Below, piece by piece: positions 26,001 to 39,245 of a DNA stretch of 64,000 bases; within the stretch, counting starts at the first letter, position 1, and each line of letters begins with the position of its first letter. Origin of the DNA: Ginglymostoma cirratum (lineage: Eukaryota); assembly GCA_024137785.1 (NCBI GenBank), contig JAHRHZ010000003.1, positions 6,696,657-6,760,656 on the forward strand, written 5' to 3'. The position numbers and the translations under genes were made by a program. Below the pieces are notes generated by a model that did no database searches, was not told where the DNA came from, and was given only the letters and a program-made list of their open reading frames with translations.

Positions 26001-28430
26001 ATTTAGCTTTTATACAGATGAGCCAAGGTTACCTACAGATGATGAAATACCGTACTCTCTACGTCTCAGGCTTTGTTCAAGATTCATCTAAAGAACTTGG
26101 GGTAAATTTTCTTCCCCTTACATGATGGGTGATGGAGAAGGTACTGTAACGATGTCTGGTTTTCAAGTCCTTGTTACCAACATGGATTACTATCAGGTGT
26201 GTGGGCATAAGACTAAGTTTAGTAAGATTTAGTAAGCACTTGGATTCACAGGGAGAGGAATAAAAGGAGCAAAGAGGAACAGCAAATGTTCTTTTCTCTC
26301 TCCCAGTCTCTCAGATGCACCACTGAGCACATGTTCTGGACAGCCAGGGATTTCTGAACTTTGGATTAACAGTAAAGCTGTCCGTCTCTGCATGTCAGTG
26401 GTTTCAACAAGGGAACCAGACATCTACATTCAAGTGTAACCTTGCATGCTCCATCCTCCTGCGAGCTACCAAAGAAAAGTGTTAGTTCAGCAAAGTCCAA
26501 TCTAGAGAGAGCAGCTTTCCCACCAGTGGGAAGCTCTGCCACAATGGAAACATAGCTACAAGTTGTATGAATTTATGTTAAATACTTTACATCTGGGGTT
26601 ATTCAAATTTAAAGGCCTTCATATTGTGCATGGGCAGCAGGGACCCCTACACGTTCCACAGAGCTCCATCTTTGACAAGCCAAGGGTCATGCTGTAAATC
26701 AGTTTTAAAAGCAGCTAAATGCAAAATTTGTCCATTGGTTTTGATTACAGGCTAGGAACAACCATGTTATTCCCATAATTGTGACGTGAAAACTGACTTT
26801 CTCTTTTACAGTTGCCTGTAATGTTGCACTGCTTGCTGAACTAAGTCTCTTCAACTAACCAGATGCCTCAACGGTGAGTTAAATCCTTTTGCAAGCATTG
26901 CATATGTATAGGATAGATGCAATTGAATTTGACGAGTACGAGATAATATATTTTAGGAAAGGAAACATGGAAGGGGAGTACACACTAAATGGACGGATGT
27001 GGCTGGTCAGAAAACTGAAAGAGTGTTGGTACAATGTGGCTATCGAGAAGAACTCAATGACAGTTTATGTTTTGCAGACCAGGGATTAAAAACATCAACA
27101 AATATTCACCCTAACTCAAGCTGTGCCTTTAAACAAAGCTATGAAGTATACATTTAGTTGGGTGATGTCTGTGGTGGGGAAACCAATTACAAGCAGAAAG
27201 TTGTGGTTCAACGGAAAAGACAATGGGAGATTTTATTTTTGAAATTACACTGAATTTTGAAAAGATGACTTCTCTTGTAAATTTTAAAATGATTATTTCT
27301 CGTGACATCTGTTGACACAAGCACAAACTATATTGATATTTTGGAGGGAATTGAATAATGAGTTGAAGTGGAAAAGGATAGAGGAATATACAATGCCTGC
27401 AGAATACTTCTGGATTGCTTCAGCAAAGGGCTGATTGGCTCTGTTTTCACCGTGTTCGTTCAACAATTCTGGATTTTCCCATGCATTGTGCGAATGACAG
27501 GGAGGTATTCTGCTTTTTGAAGGACATAACATGCCTCTTAATTACTAAAGGAGCACTCATTTCACTGATAGCCCGAAGAAGTTGGTGGTGGGGTCATCTT
27601 CCAGAGCTACTCCACTGCAATCTGTATGGTGTAGGTACACCCACTGTGCTGTTCGGGAGGAAGTCCAGGATTTCAATCAAGGGTTCGTGAACGGTCAGTG
27701 ATTTGGAGACCATGCCAAATGGCAATTTGGTTTCTCTAAGTCTATACACACAATATAGGCCTGTTTACAGAAAGAGGGCAGGATTCCTCCGCCAAAGGAA
27801 ATTAATGAACCATTTGGGACTGTGACTTGAAAAAATAATTGAAGCTATATTTTATTGCAGGTTTATTTTATGAGCTGAATTTAAATTCATAAACTGCTTT
27901 GACAGACTTTGAACGTATGACAAATAAAAACCAAAAGAACTGTGGATGCTATAAATCAGGAACAAAAACAGAAGTTGCTGGAAAAGCTCAGCAGGTCTGG
28001 CAGCATCCGTGAAGAAACAAAATCAAAGTTAATGTTTCGGGTCTGGTGACCCTTCCTCAGACCCTTCCTTTGAATTTACGACAGTGGGTTATTTGTCCAG
28101 GCTGCAGGATTAGTGTTCCAGTCGGGAACCATGATGCTCCCTGACATTATCATTTAAGGTGCGAGAGGTTGGACTTCCTACATACTACATTATTGAAGGA
28201 ATGGTGTCTGTACACATTGACCCTGCGCATCCCAACACACATTACCAATGTGATGGAACAGCCAACTTCCAGAGAGAGTGGTTTGTGAGCTATTCTTTCA
28301 AATTAAATTCAAAAGCTCAACTGTCAGCCACTCCAGCAAGAGAGATGTTTACACTTCATTTGCTATCCTTCAGGCCCGACCGAAAAAGTCCAAGCACAAA
28401 ATGTTCCATGCACAAGAATCTTGAACTCAC

Positions 28431-28598
28431 CTTCGTCGATGTCTGGTGGCAAACCGCCAACGAAAACCTTTCGGGAATATCGTTCTCCTGATTTCCCATT
28501 CTGGCTGAGAGCTGGGGAGTTCAAGCCTGAAGATAAAGATTGGTCACCCTGGCTATTGTCAAGGAAGCCGTCTTCAACAGGAAACAAAGCTGATCGAC
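28431..28598 (-). CDS. CPEB2/3/4-like: CPEB coding exon 3 (168 nt; GRSALFPVEDGFLD...RYSRKVFVGGLPPDIDE, start of RRM1)
   Basis: ctgcag acceptor and G|gtgagt donor; RNP2 motif VFVGGLP. Confidence 0.96.
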
Positions 28599-31500
28599 CT
28601 GCAGCATAAGAGAGATGGGCAGCTATTGAACTTCACCCAGATTGTTCAGCATGAAATCCTTTGACTCCCGGTTAAATAATGCCTCAAATTACTTAGCCAT
28701 TAAGTCCCTCCCTCACCTGCTTTCCCCCTGCCTCAGTAACCTACATCCACAATACTATTGAGATAAGAACATAAGAAATATAAGCAGGAGTAGACCATTT
28801 AGCACCTCCAATCACGACTGATTTGCCCCTTCTTTTGTGCCAGCTCTTCCTACTTCTGAACTCCTCAATATTTCAAAAATCTATGCTCCATTAATTCTGG
28901 CTTTTACTTTACTTTCAAACCTTCCACCACTGGCAGAAATATCATGACCTGCTAAGGCCTGAAGCTTTGAAATCCCCTCCTTAAACTTTTCCTCTGTCTG
29001 CTCCTTAAATCTGTTATCTTCCATCACGCTTCTGGCTACCTTCCCCAAGAGTTTGGGGGGGGGTGGAAAAAAAACTAAAGATCATTTTCTGTCCAGAAGA
29101 TTAAGGGTGAGACCAAATAGAAGGAAGGAAAACAAGTGTTTTTTTAAAAAAATGATACAGACTACGTAAGGAGGAACCATTCCCTTTCAAATTGATTGTT
29201 CAAAAGGTCGGTGTCTAAAACCAGTGGACGTGGTCTCAAAATAAGAGGCCATTTAGGACTGAGATGAGGAGTTCATATTTCATGAATATTTGGAATTCTT
29301 CACTATAAAGGGTTGTGGAAGCTTAATCATCAAGGAAATTCAAGGCAGGGGTTGATACGTTTCTAGACAAAATGGCACATGTGTGGTTTCACAGATTCAT
29401 TGGCCTGTTCACGCTGCTATTTTTCCATATTCCGGAGATCACAGAACAGGAACAGCGAGGAAATTAGGACTGTTTTTATTTAAATCATCAAAACAGATGC
29501 CAGGATCACGTGATGCGATCAGGTTCCACGGGAACTCTTAGACGGCAACTGAAATGTGCGCTTGGAAACATGAATAATCTTCTGGACCCCAGAAGCAGCT
29601 GAGGTACAGATCTAAATTGAGCAGGCTTTTTTAAGAAAGAGAAACAGATTCAGTTGACTGGATGGATTCTGTCCTCAACATCATATTTTGCAATAAGGAC
29701 GGCCACAACTGGCCTGACAGAACAGATTTCCCAGGCCACTGTATGACTTTGGGAGAGTAAAGTGCCACTTCAAAGAGATGAGAGTATTGGCAGGGAAACT
29801 GTTCCTTGTTGAGCAGAAGTTCAGGTTGACCAACTAACTGGCAGCATTCAGAGGAAACGTCGCAAAGTTATAACGTTATATAATCATACACTACATGGAA
29901 CGTATTAAACATTATTATACTGGCTCGAGGTTCGAGAACCAGACCTTCACTGTCTGAGGATAGGGTATCAGCTCTGCAGGGCTGAAAAGATTGGAAATTT
30001 CTACAGTCGGAGGGTCATCAATCAATGGAATTCTTTACCCCGAAGAGTTGCAGATGTGAAATAAAGCCAGATGGATTTTGAATATCAACAGATATGGCAC
30101 ATAGGTGCAACTAAGGTAGAAAAATCAAACATGATCTTACTGAATACAGACTCAAAGGATCAAATAGCCTCCTCTAGGTATTATTTCTTAAAGGTGAAAA
30201 TATTGCAGTAATGGGGAAGAGAGGAAATTCTGCTTATTCATTGAGAACCCTAAACGCAAGACTGTTATTTCAGCTGAGATTTTCATCATTAGGCATTGGG
30301 GTCAGACCAGTCTTGGTGCGTTATGTTTGATTTGGTCATCGAGCGATGAAACAGATGCAGATTCTGAAACAAAAGTTACCTAATCCCTCAGACGGAAGCA
30401 AATGATTGATCCCTCCCTTGTTTGTGTGCTGTGTGCTGTGTGCTGTCAAACAGCTGCTTGTGGCAGGTTGAGAACAGCCATCAGGAACTTGGAACACTGC
30501 CCAGTGGTCTCCAGTCCTATTTGTTAAATAACTGGGCCACAGCTTCTCCAGCAGACTGGGCTGCGTCTCCCCTCCTCAAACCAGGGCAGAGCCATAAATT
30601 TTTAAACATGTGAAATGAGCAGTACAGCAGTCTCCCCCACCCACAGTGAAACCATCTACTGTCTAACATTGCTGCAGTGCTCTGTCAGACAATCAGGAGG
30701 CAGTCTCCTAGATTGCTCAATGGCAAGCTGATGTTTCTGCAGTTCACTGATTCCAAACAAACAAACTTTGCATCACACAAGAAGTGCCATTTGATTATCA
30801 TGTCAGTACCAGCTCCGGACCCGATCAAATCAAACCAAATCCCACGACGCTGAATCTACCATTGCTGGAACATTTCTAAGTAACCAAATAGCCTCCTTGA
30901 TTCTTTGGCTCTGCAGTAGTTGCAGATTCCTATCAGGCCGTCTAAAATCCAACCTGCATTTGAACTCAATTTAGCTGCGGCTAACTAGTACCACCCTACA
31001 CTCTCAAGTCAGAAAAGCTGTGGGTTCAAATCCCTCTCCAGAAACTTCAACATACGAAAGGGAGACTGGCAGTCCACTAGGACTAAAGAGTCCGAGAATC
31101 GGTTTTGGGCTGAGACTTTAAACTGAGGACCCCATCTCATGTGAAGTAAAAGTTCCTATGGACACTACTGAAGATAAGTCAGGTAGATCTCTTAAGGTCA
31201 AAGCAACCCTTTATGACAAAATCATTACATTTCCAGAATATTTATCATTTACTATTAAGTCGTTGCGGAGCATGGAGACCATATTTTTTTCCAGGACATT
31301 GTCCATAAATTCTGTTGGGACCTTGTTTGATTGTGCAAGCTACTCCATAAACTCCAGTTAATCGTTAACTGCCATCCTCTTTTCCCCAACTTGTTGCCCT
31401 GTTGTAAGCTTATAGCCAGATGTATAAACTGCTAATACATATTCTAGATTGTCAGTGCACGCTGTTCGCTGTACCATGATCTTCCCCCATTTCACAAGAC

Positions 31501-31848
31501 CAAACCCAACACTGCTAAGGTAAAGACATAATCACAATCAGATCACTGGTTGATAGTGGGATCTTGCTGTGCACACTTTGCTGCACTCATCACTTCAAGA
31601 ATCTTATGGGAAATATTGCGAGGATGTGAAAGGCATTATGCAACTGCAGTTATTTCTTTGTATGCATGCACCACTCTTCTTTCATAATTCCTGCATGTGG
31701 CACCCATTACCTCACTGAGAGACTCATGCAAATGCACACCAGTTCAGCAGACCCATGAAAATCACATGGAAATGACCACATGAACAAAGTACCGGCCCAA
31801 CTATTCAATGGGGGAAAATACACAAGCCAAGATGGCCACGAGACTCAC

Positions 31849-31939
31849 CCTTGAGTGGTTCCTGTTCGTTCTGTAAGATGTCAATCAGGGAGTTCTCCAG
31901 TGAGTGCATGTTGAAAGTATCATATGGGTGCGTCCATTC
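31849..31939 (-). CDS. CPEB2/3/4-like: CPEB coding exon 2 (91 nt; EWTHPYDTFNMHSLENSLIDILQNEQEPLK, NES-like helix)
   Basis: ttttcctttgcag acceptor and G|gtgagt donor; matches the conserved MHSLENSLIDI block. Confidence 0.93.
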
Positions 31940-34719
31940 CTGCAAAGGAAAAACATTTTGAAAAAAGAAACTATTAAACCAAGGAAGGAGATGGGAACAA
32001 CGCAGAGGATGCAAAAAAGTTACAATCGCTCATTTCGATGTTACGAACCAGTGCTGATAGCACATTCCTTAAAACAAGTGCGTACTGCAAAACTATTCTT
32101 GGTGGAAACTATCTTTTAATTAGTTATTTCCTCTCCTCCCTGGACATTACAGACTTTTGGCATCCAGGCCCATGGGTACCAGAAGCTTCCCACTGTGTTT
32201 GGAAGGAGGCCAATCCTTATGGGAGCCTGGAAGATGATCCATGCCCCTTAACACAGTTTTTTTCTACCCACCAGAACACAGTTGAATCCAAAGGTAAAAT
32301 GTCTATCCTGTACACTCTTTTGGATTTATGAGTGGCTGTCCTTTACTTACAGGCCTTAATTCTGGCTCTGTTTGCAAGTGGAAGCATCTTTGTTACATCA
32401 TCCTTCGCCTTTACATGACACATCATTCCCTTATCTCATCATGGAGGCATCTAATCAGTTCACTCTCCAGTCGATAGGTGTTTCAAATAATGAAGGGTTT
32501 GGGAAAAGCAGTTAAAGACAAACTGTTCCCGTCGGCTCGAGGGTTTGGAGTCAGAGGACACGGACTTATGATGGTCAAAAAAAAAAAGCAAATGGCAACA
32601 TGAAGGAAGTCATTTTTAAATGCAGTCAGTAGCTTGGACCTGAACTGCACTGCTCCAGTGTGTTTTGGATGCAAATTGAAAAGAAAACACAGGATCTTTA
32701 CCTGAAGGGAAAGAGAATTGCCAGGAAAAAGGAAAAGTGGGGGGGGGGCCCAAGAGCTGTTCTGAAAAGAACCGAATGATCATGATTTGTGCTGTATCCA
32801 TTCTATTATTCTATTTTCCTCTTCCTCAACTTTTCCTCCTGACCTCAAATGATGTCATTTGTCAAATGAATGAGACCGATGAAAGCTAGTGCAATACAGC
32901 ACTTTGTGAAATGCACACAGGAGGCTTGTGATATTGAATAAAGCAGCTGAGTCACTGGTGAATAACAGAACCTGGCAGAGTTGAAGAAGAGGTTACAGAG
33001 CTGTAGGATGAAGAAACCAAACACCAGCCAGCTCCCATCAACAAGGCCAGTCACACAGGCTGTTTTACAGCTTCCTCCCCTTTCTTGCTGAAGGTGTATG
33101 CTAGTCTGTTCTCTTTCTTTCCCCTGACAGTGCTGGTCTCAGCTAAGAAAATTGGGTGGGGGTGTGGCAGTCATGGATATCACGGCTTTGAGGTGACGGC
33201 CTGAGATTGAGTTGAGTGAAACTCGAGTGACCTCCTTCTGCACTGTAATCTTATCCTTCTGGTCTGGTTACACAAGCTGCCAGCACGACCTGATACCTCA
33301 CACATTCGTCACGAGAGCACACACAGTATCAATGGATTGTTTTGTTGCCATGGGGGGGCTGGTGTTGCAAGCTATTAAAAGCCTTTCTGTCATGGAGGGC
33401 TGTAGTTGACAGGACAGGAGTACCCACCAGGCACTGATCAGAAACTTGACCCCTAACGTCCACCTCCTTTCACTCCTACGACCCCTCAAGGTCATCCCAA
33501 CAGACAACTGGAATCCCATGCGAGTTATCTCACTCAGTACTGATTCAGATCGATCAATTCGCTCAGTTCCATGAGTTTGCCGGATAAGTTACATTGAAGT
33601 TATTAGGATGAAGATGCTTCGTATAAAAAGCAAATGTATTTTACTTCCAGAGTTGCATTGGACAACTGCAGATCTAAACGTCTGTCAGTGAAGGCAACAC
33701 ATTCATGGGAGAGGGTGTCAGCTGTCAATACGAAACACTGACTAGGCCACATCTACAAAATTGCTCTTCCGAACAGCTAATGGTCTAAAGGCAACAAGGC
33801 CCTTCAGGTGCAGTGGTAGCATCCCTATCTATGGGCCAGGCGGTCTGGTTCAGGTCCCACCTCCTTCAGAGGTGTGTTATGACATCACTGAACAGGTCCA
33901 TGTTAAAAAAAAACCGCAGGATTAGTCGACACAAATTCAAGGCATTGACAAAAGATGCAGCTGGGATACGCCAAGAACTTATTTCGTGCAGGGTAACTCT
34001 CTAACTTCAAGGGTGGTGGAATCAAAGAAAATCCATTATTTCACAAGGAAACGTGCAATATTTGAAATTTGAGAAGCAGGTCATTCAGCCCCTTTGAGCC
34101 TGCTCCACCATTCACCTACATCATGTGCAATAATCTGCCTCATCCTATTTTCCCCCACTATCCCATATCCTTCAGTGTATTTTTTTAACTTTGAACTGAG
34201 GAGGAACAGGAATCGGCTATTCGGCAAGATAATGGCAGATCTGCTCGTGTTCTCAACTCCATTCTCCTGACTGTGCCACATAACTCCTCCCTTGCTAACC
34301 AGTGACTTGCTCACTTATCAAAAAACTAAATTTTTCTTCACATGAACCAGCCTCCACTGCTTTCCAGGGAAGAGAATTACAGACCAACAAACTGCAAAGA
34401 AAATAAAAACTCTTCACTGCCATTGTAAGACAGACGCCTCTAATTTTTAAAACTGTCTCTTGTTCTAGTCTCTCTGTTTAATCTCTAGAAGTCAATGTGG
34501 GGGCCCTTTCAGGCATTGGAATTGTCCCTGCCTCTGAGCCAGAAGGTTCAACAGAAAAAAAAAATGGAGAAATCTATCAATCTCTATGTTGAACATAGAA
34601 AAATGATGGTCACCTGAGGGAAAGAAACTTCTAGAACTAGAGATTGAGTAGCCAGAGGGATGGATTAGATCACTGTGCAGAGACCTAGTTCCATCGTCAT
34701 GACTCTCATTGAATTCTGA

Positions 34720-35060
34720 CAGACATAGGTTCAAGTTCCATTCCGGAGACTCGAGCACAGAATCCAGACTAAACACTGGCGCAATGCTGACGGAGAGGTG
34801 CACTGTTGGAAGTGCATCTTTCAAATAAGATATTAAACAGAAACACTGTCTGATCTCTCCGGTGTGTACCACGAAAATCTCAGGACACAAATGAATCCAA
34901 GCAAAGCAGGGTCGTATCCTGGCCATAATTTACTTCTGCCAATATTAATGAAAAGGCAAAATTGGATTACCTGGTCATTTAACTCAAAGTGCTTTGAGGG
35001 ATACTGTGTGCAAACTGGCTCATGCATTTTCTACATTACAGTGGTGTTTGCATTTTTTAA
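34720..35060 (+). mobile_element. Deu-domain SINE-like remnant (related remnants near 6900-7120, 14400-14600, 20850-21340, 31000-31660, 39300-39530 and 41700-42050)
   Basis: Recurring gtgcactg..ggaggtgc..tcttt.agatgagac.ttaaac and tgctgtgc..aaattggctg..ttcctacattaca motifs. Confidence 0.5.
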
Positions 35061-37479
35061 AATAGCGGTATTTTAACACAAGATTGCTTGCTTGCTCCCT
35101 CAAACTATTTATCCCATTCTTTGCAAAAACCTGATGAGCGAAAAGGTGGGTCTCAGGAACACATAAAGACACCTGTACTTGGATTCTTGGATCAGCAAAA
35201 GATGTGGCTTGGGATACAAAGACAGTTTCTGCAACTTAAATGGTTAAGGAGCCATTTGATAAGGATTTTCAAGTTATGAGTGGCAGATATCGTCGAGAGG
35301 CAACCAATGGTGTCAGAGAGTCAGACAAAGGAGAATGGTATTATAATTAGAGTACGACCTTTCAATTGTGAAATTCCAAAATGTTAATTGTTGGAAGGGT
35401 GTCAGAAACTTGGAACTTTCATCTACAAATACCATTTGATGCTATATCAATTGTAAATTTTATCTCCTAGACTCAGTACAGGATATTAGGCAAAGTTAGT
35501 ATCTAGGTATATTCTTATCGAATGGCCGAGCAGGTTCAAGGGTCTGGATGGTCTCCTCCTAGTCGCATGTTCCTCAGACATAGGGAAGGACTCTCGAATC
35601 CTCATCCTCTGTAGGGTACTTCTTTCGCCCCTGTGACAACTCACACAGTAAGTTTTCCACACTGGTTTGGAGAAACACTGGGCCAGAAATGTAGGCCTTG
35701 CTCCCAAAGTATCTGTCCGCACAGATCAAACTCTTGCATGATATGGTCTGAGGTCAGAACAAAGCCACGCAACCCAGCAGGGCTTCCAGCAAAAAATTTT
35801 CCAGAAAAGCGGAGATTTCAGCCAAGTGGTAGGCTTGACCTGTGGTGACAGTGAACTGCAGAAATGGTGTTTCTCAGTAGGTTTACTAGCTCTAGTTGAG
35901 TATGCAGTAGGCAATGCCAGCATGATGGGACTGGAGTTATTCCTGTGCTATGTATTGTAGTGGAAGTCCTCTGCATATGCAGCAACATATGGATTATGAG
36001 CAAAAGTTGGTATCTCTGCCCTGCAAGCCTGCTCCACCAATGGAATACAATTGTAACTGAATGCTTTACCGTGCTCCCTAACCACTCCTGTTAAACAGAA
36101 GGCTCACAGTAATGGAACAAACCAATCTGCCTCCCTAGCCACTCTCTTGACTCTCCCTTTAATGATAGCCAACACAGAAATATGACAACCCATGGAGCTT
36201 TTCTGGGGTAGGAAAACTAACAATCTCTGAGAAAATTCATTTGGCCCTCCCACAAAACAGAAAGGGAGGCAGTTGCACCAATCCTTTGTTTCAACAAATG
36301 AAATGAAATCAAATTGTTCTACTTTAATTCCAGTTATTTACTGGAACATACAGTGCTTTTTCACAGGGAGTGGCCAAGTCAGAGAACTGTACTTTTTGAG
36401 ACTGAAAAGGTACAAGTCTTTTTGAAGACAGGAAGATACAGTGCTTTGAAGACAAACTATCAGGGCATTCTGATTGGATGGTCATTACAAGGTATCATGC
36501 AAGAGTCCATCTGGGCCATGAAACCTCCGCCAAATGTTTGGTAGCTGTTTCATTCTTGCCTCTAAAATGAGTGTACTCTTACTTTAGACTCATCAACTGC
36601 AGGGATTTATCTTTCCAACTCTGCTTCCCAAAACCCTCTGCTCGTTACAAAAACCTCCAGTCCTTCATACCTCACGTCTCTATTCATAACTGGCCACCAT
36701 CTCCAGAAACACACCCAAGAACCAGTGGTGTACAGTCTCACTGGCTTTGACCCGAATAAAGGCATTTCCCAGAACTGAGCACTGTAAGCTCTTCACCATC
36801 ACTTGTCCTCTACAACTTTAGCACAGTTGCTCGAAGGTAATGAAACTGGAACATCAACTGAGGCATCGAGAAGAGCAAAGCACGAAAGCAATTTAAATAG
36901 CCAATTCCCAATGTTACCTCCATGCTTTACCCATCAAGCGACAAGACAAAAAAAAAATCAGATGATCTTGTCATGATCCCATTGTTGTTTGAGAGCTTAC
37001 TGTGTGGAAACTGACTGTGACATTTTCTACATTGCAATAGCGACTGCACGTCAATAGTACTTAATTGTGTCACCACCTTTGACTCAGAAGACCGTTCATT
37101 GAGAAAACTGGTGATTTACGTATGCAGCATCTGTCATTTTAAGAATGTCTGTAAAGAATTTTTAAATATGTACAATTATAAAGAGCTCACTTATACTTAC
37201 AAATTTTGGCAAAGATTATGTACTGGCCCCTTTGACCCAGTGGCCTTTCTCCTGCGTGCAGTACTGGCATGAAACAAGTTAGGCAAAAAAGCCATGTGCC
37301 TTTTAGATGCAAAAGACAACTACAAGCAGAACAGCTGGAAAGTTATGGCAATCAACACACAGCAGCAAAGTGCAACCATTCAGAAACAGGAGAGGGAACT
37401 CAAATTTTTTTCCCCCCAACAAGCAATACTATGAAAATAATTCAAAGGGACACTTAAAAACTGGGTGTTTTTGACTGCC

Positions 37480-38060
37480 CTCTTTGCTCAGACCTTTTGA
37501 GTATAGGCTTTGGGGCATCATACGGAGGTCGTACAGGACATTGGTGAGACCTCAGCTGGAGTACGTTGTGCAGTTCTGGTTGCCCTGCTGTCAGAAGGAT
37601 ATCATCGATTTGGAGGGGATTCAGAAAAGACTGACCAGGGCGTCGCCAGGATTGGAGGGTCTGAGTCATAAAAATAGGCTGGATAGGTTGGGACCTTTTT
37701 TCCACCGGAGCGTAGGAGGTTGAGGGGTGACCTTAGTGGTTCATAAAATCCTGAGAAGCATAGGCTCTTTTCTCCGAGGGTGGTGGAGTTCTAAACTAGG
37801 GGACATATTTTTTAAGGTGAGAGGAGGAAGTTTTTAAAAAAAACATGAGGGGCAACTTCTTTTACCCCCAGAGTGGCTCGTGTGTGGAATGAACTGCCAA
37901 AGGAAGTGGTGAATGCAGGTACAGTTACAACATTCGGATAAGAACATGAGTAGGAAAGGTTGAGAGGGATATGGGCTAAATGCAGTGGTTGGAATGAGTT
38001 CCATTTAGGAATATGGTCAGCTTGAACTAAAGGGTATATTTCCAGGCTGTATGTCTCTAA
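37480..38060 (+). mobile_element. CR1 3' fragment
   Basis: YRTLVRPQLEYVVQFWLP ORF at 37484 followed by CR1-type 3' sequence. Confidence 0.8.
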
Positions 38061-38879
38061 GCGGTCAAATCATATTCCTGTGTCACAACCAAAATGAGAG
38101 AGGGTATATACAAGCGTGCCTTAACTAATGATAATTGTACTCGTGAAATTCAAAGAATAAAGCTATGGTCGGTTAAAACTCATGTATTCTCATGAACAAA
38201 GTGCAGCATTCTGTAGAACTGTACAGCTACATATTGCCATATTTGTGCAGGGGGCATTGTGAAGGCTTGTGGTTGCATGAGACATAACTTTGTTGCACGG
38301 ACAAAAGGACTTAGAGTGAAATTTACCTTATTGCTTGAAATATTATTTAACCGTTAGTCCAGTGTGTTTGTTTGAATTCGACTCAAAGTGGCATCCTGTT
38401 GCCAAATTCTTCATTTGGGACGATTCAATTAATTTGGTTAGTTTGATTTCCAGTTTTTGCACAGGGATTGTAACAATTGGCTGTAAAATGCTCAGTAGCT
38501 TTGCAGATTTATCTGTTCTAAAACTTGAAATCAATTGTCTTTATTTCTCTCTGGCATGCTGCTCATTCTAAACCCTCAAAATATTCAGACTTTTTTTTTT
38601 ACCCAATACATCAATCATCTGCTCAATACTGAGCTGAATTTGTCACCTGACTGTTATACTAACAATCCTCTCAGCATTAGATGAGAACAGGTTTGCTTTG
38701 GCTCTGCATCCCTCTGATTGAATAGCCCGCACTCGAATAACTCATGAATAGTAGTTTATGGATATGTACACCCAGCCATTCCAGCACAAATTCTTGGCTG
38801 ATACTCCAATGCAGAACTGGGTATGCTTTCTTTTAGATTGGACGTAAAACCAAAGTTCCCATTTGGACTCTCAGGTGGA

Positions 38880-39245
38880 TATAGAATCATAGAATTGAAG
38901 ATTATAGACTCCCGACAGTGTGGGAACAGGTATTTCGGCTCACCTAGTTTACATCGACACTCTGAACAGCATCCCACACAGACTCACCCCTCTATCCTAT
39001 CCCTATAGTTCACATGACTAATCCACCCAAACTACACATCCCTGCACACAATGGGCAATTTAGCATGGCCAATCCACCTAACCTGCACACCTTTGGATCG
39101 TGGGAGGAAACTGGAGTACACAGAGGAAACCCACACAGACACGGGGAGAACGTGCAAACTCCACTCAGTCATCCGACGCTGGAACCGAAACTGAATCCCT
39201 GGCGCTTTGAGGCAGCAGTGCTAATCACGGAGCCACCGTGCCACC
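38880..39245 (-). mobile_element. HE1/V-SINE-like element
   Basis: Reverse-complement homolog of 9035-9370. Confidence 0.8.

Noticed and set aside
28717-28740. 24-nt AG/GT-bounded segment at the position expected for the CPEB microexon
   Set aside because: Reads G-Y-stop in frame, has no similarity to ARxYGRRR and lacks a polypyrimidine tract; probably chance, though a poison exon cannot be strictly excluded.
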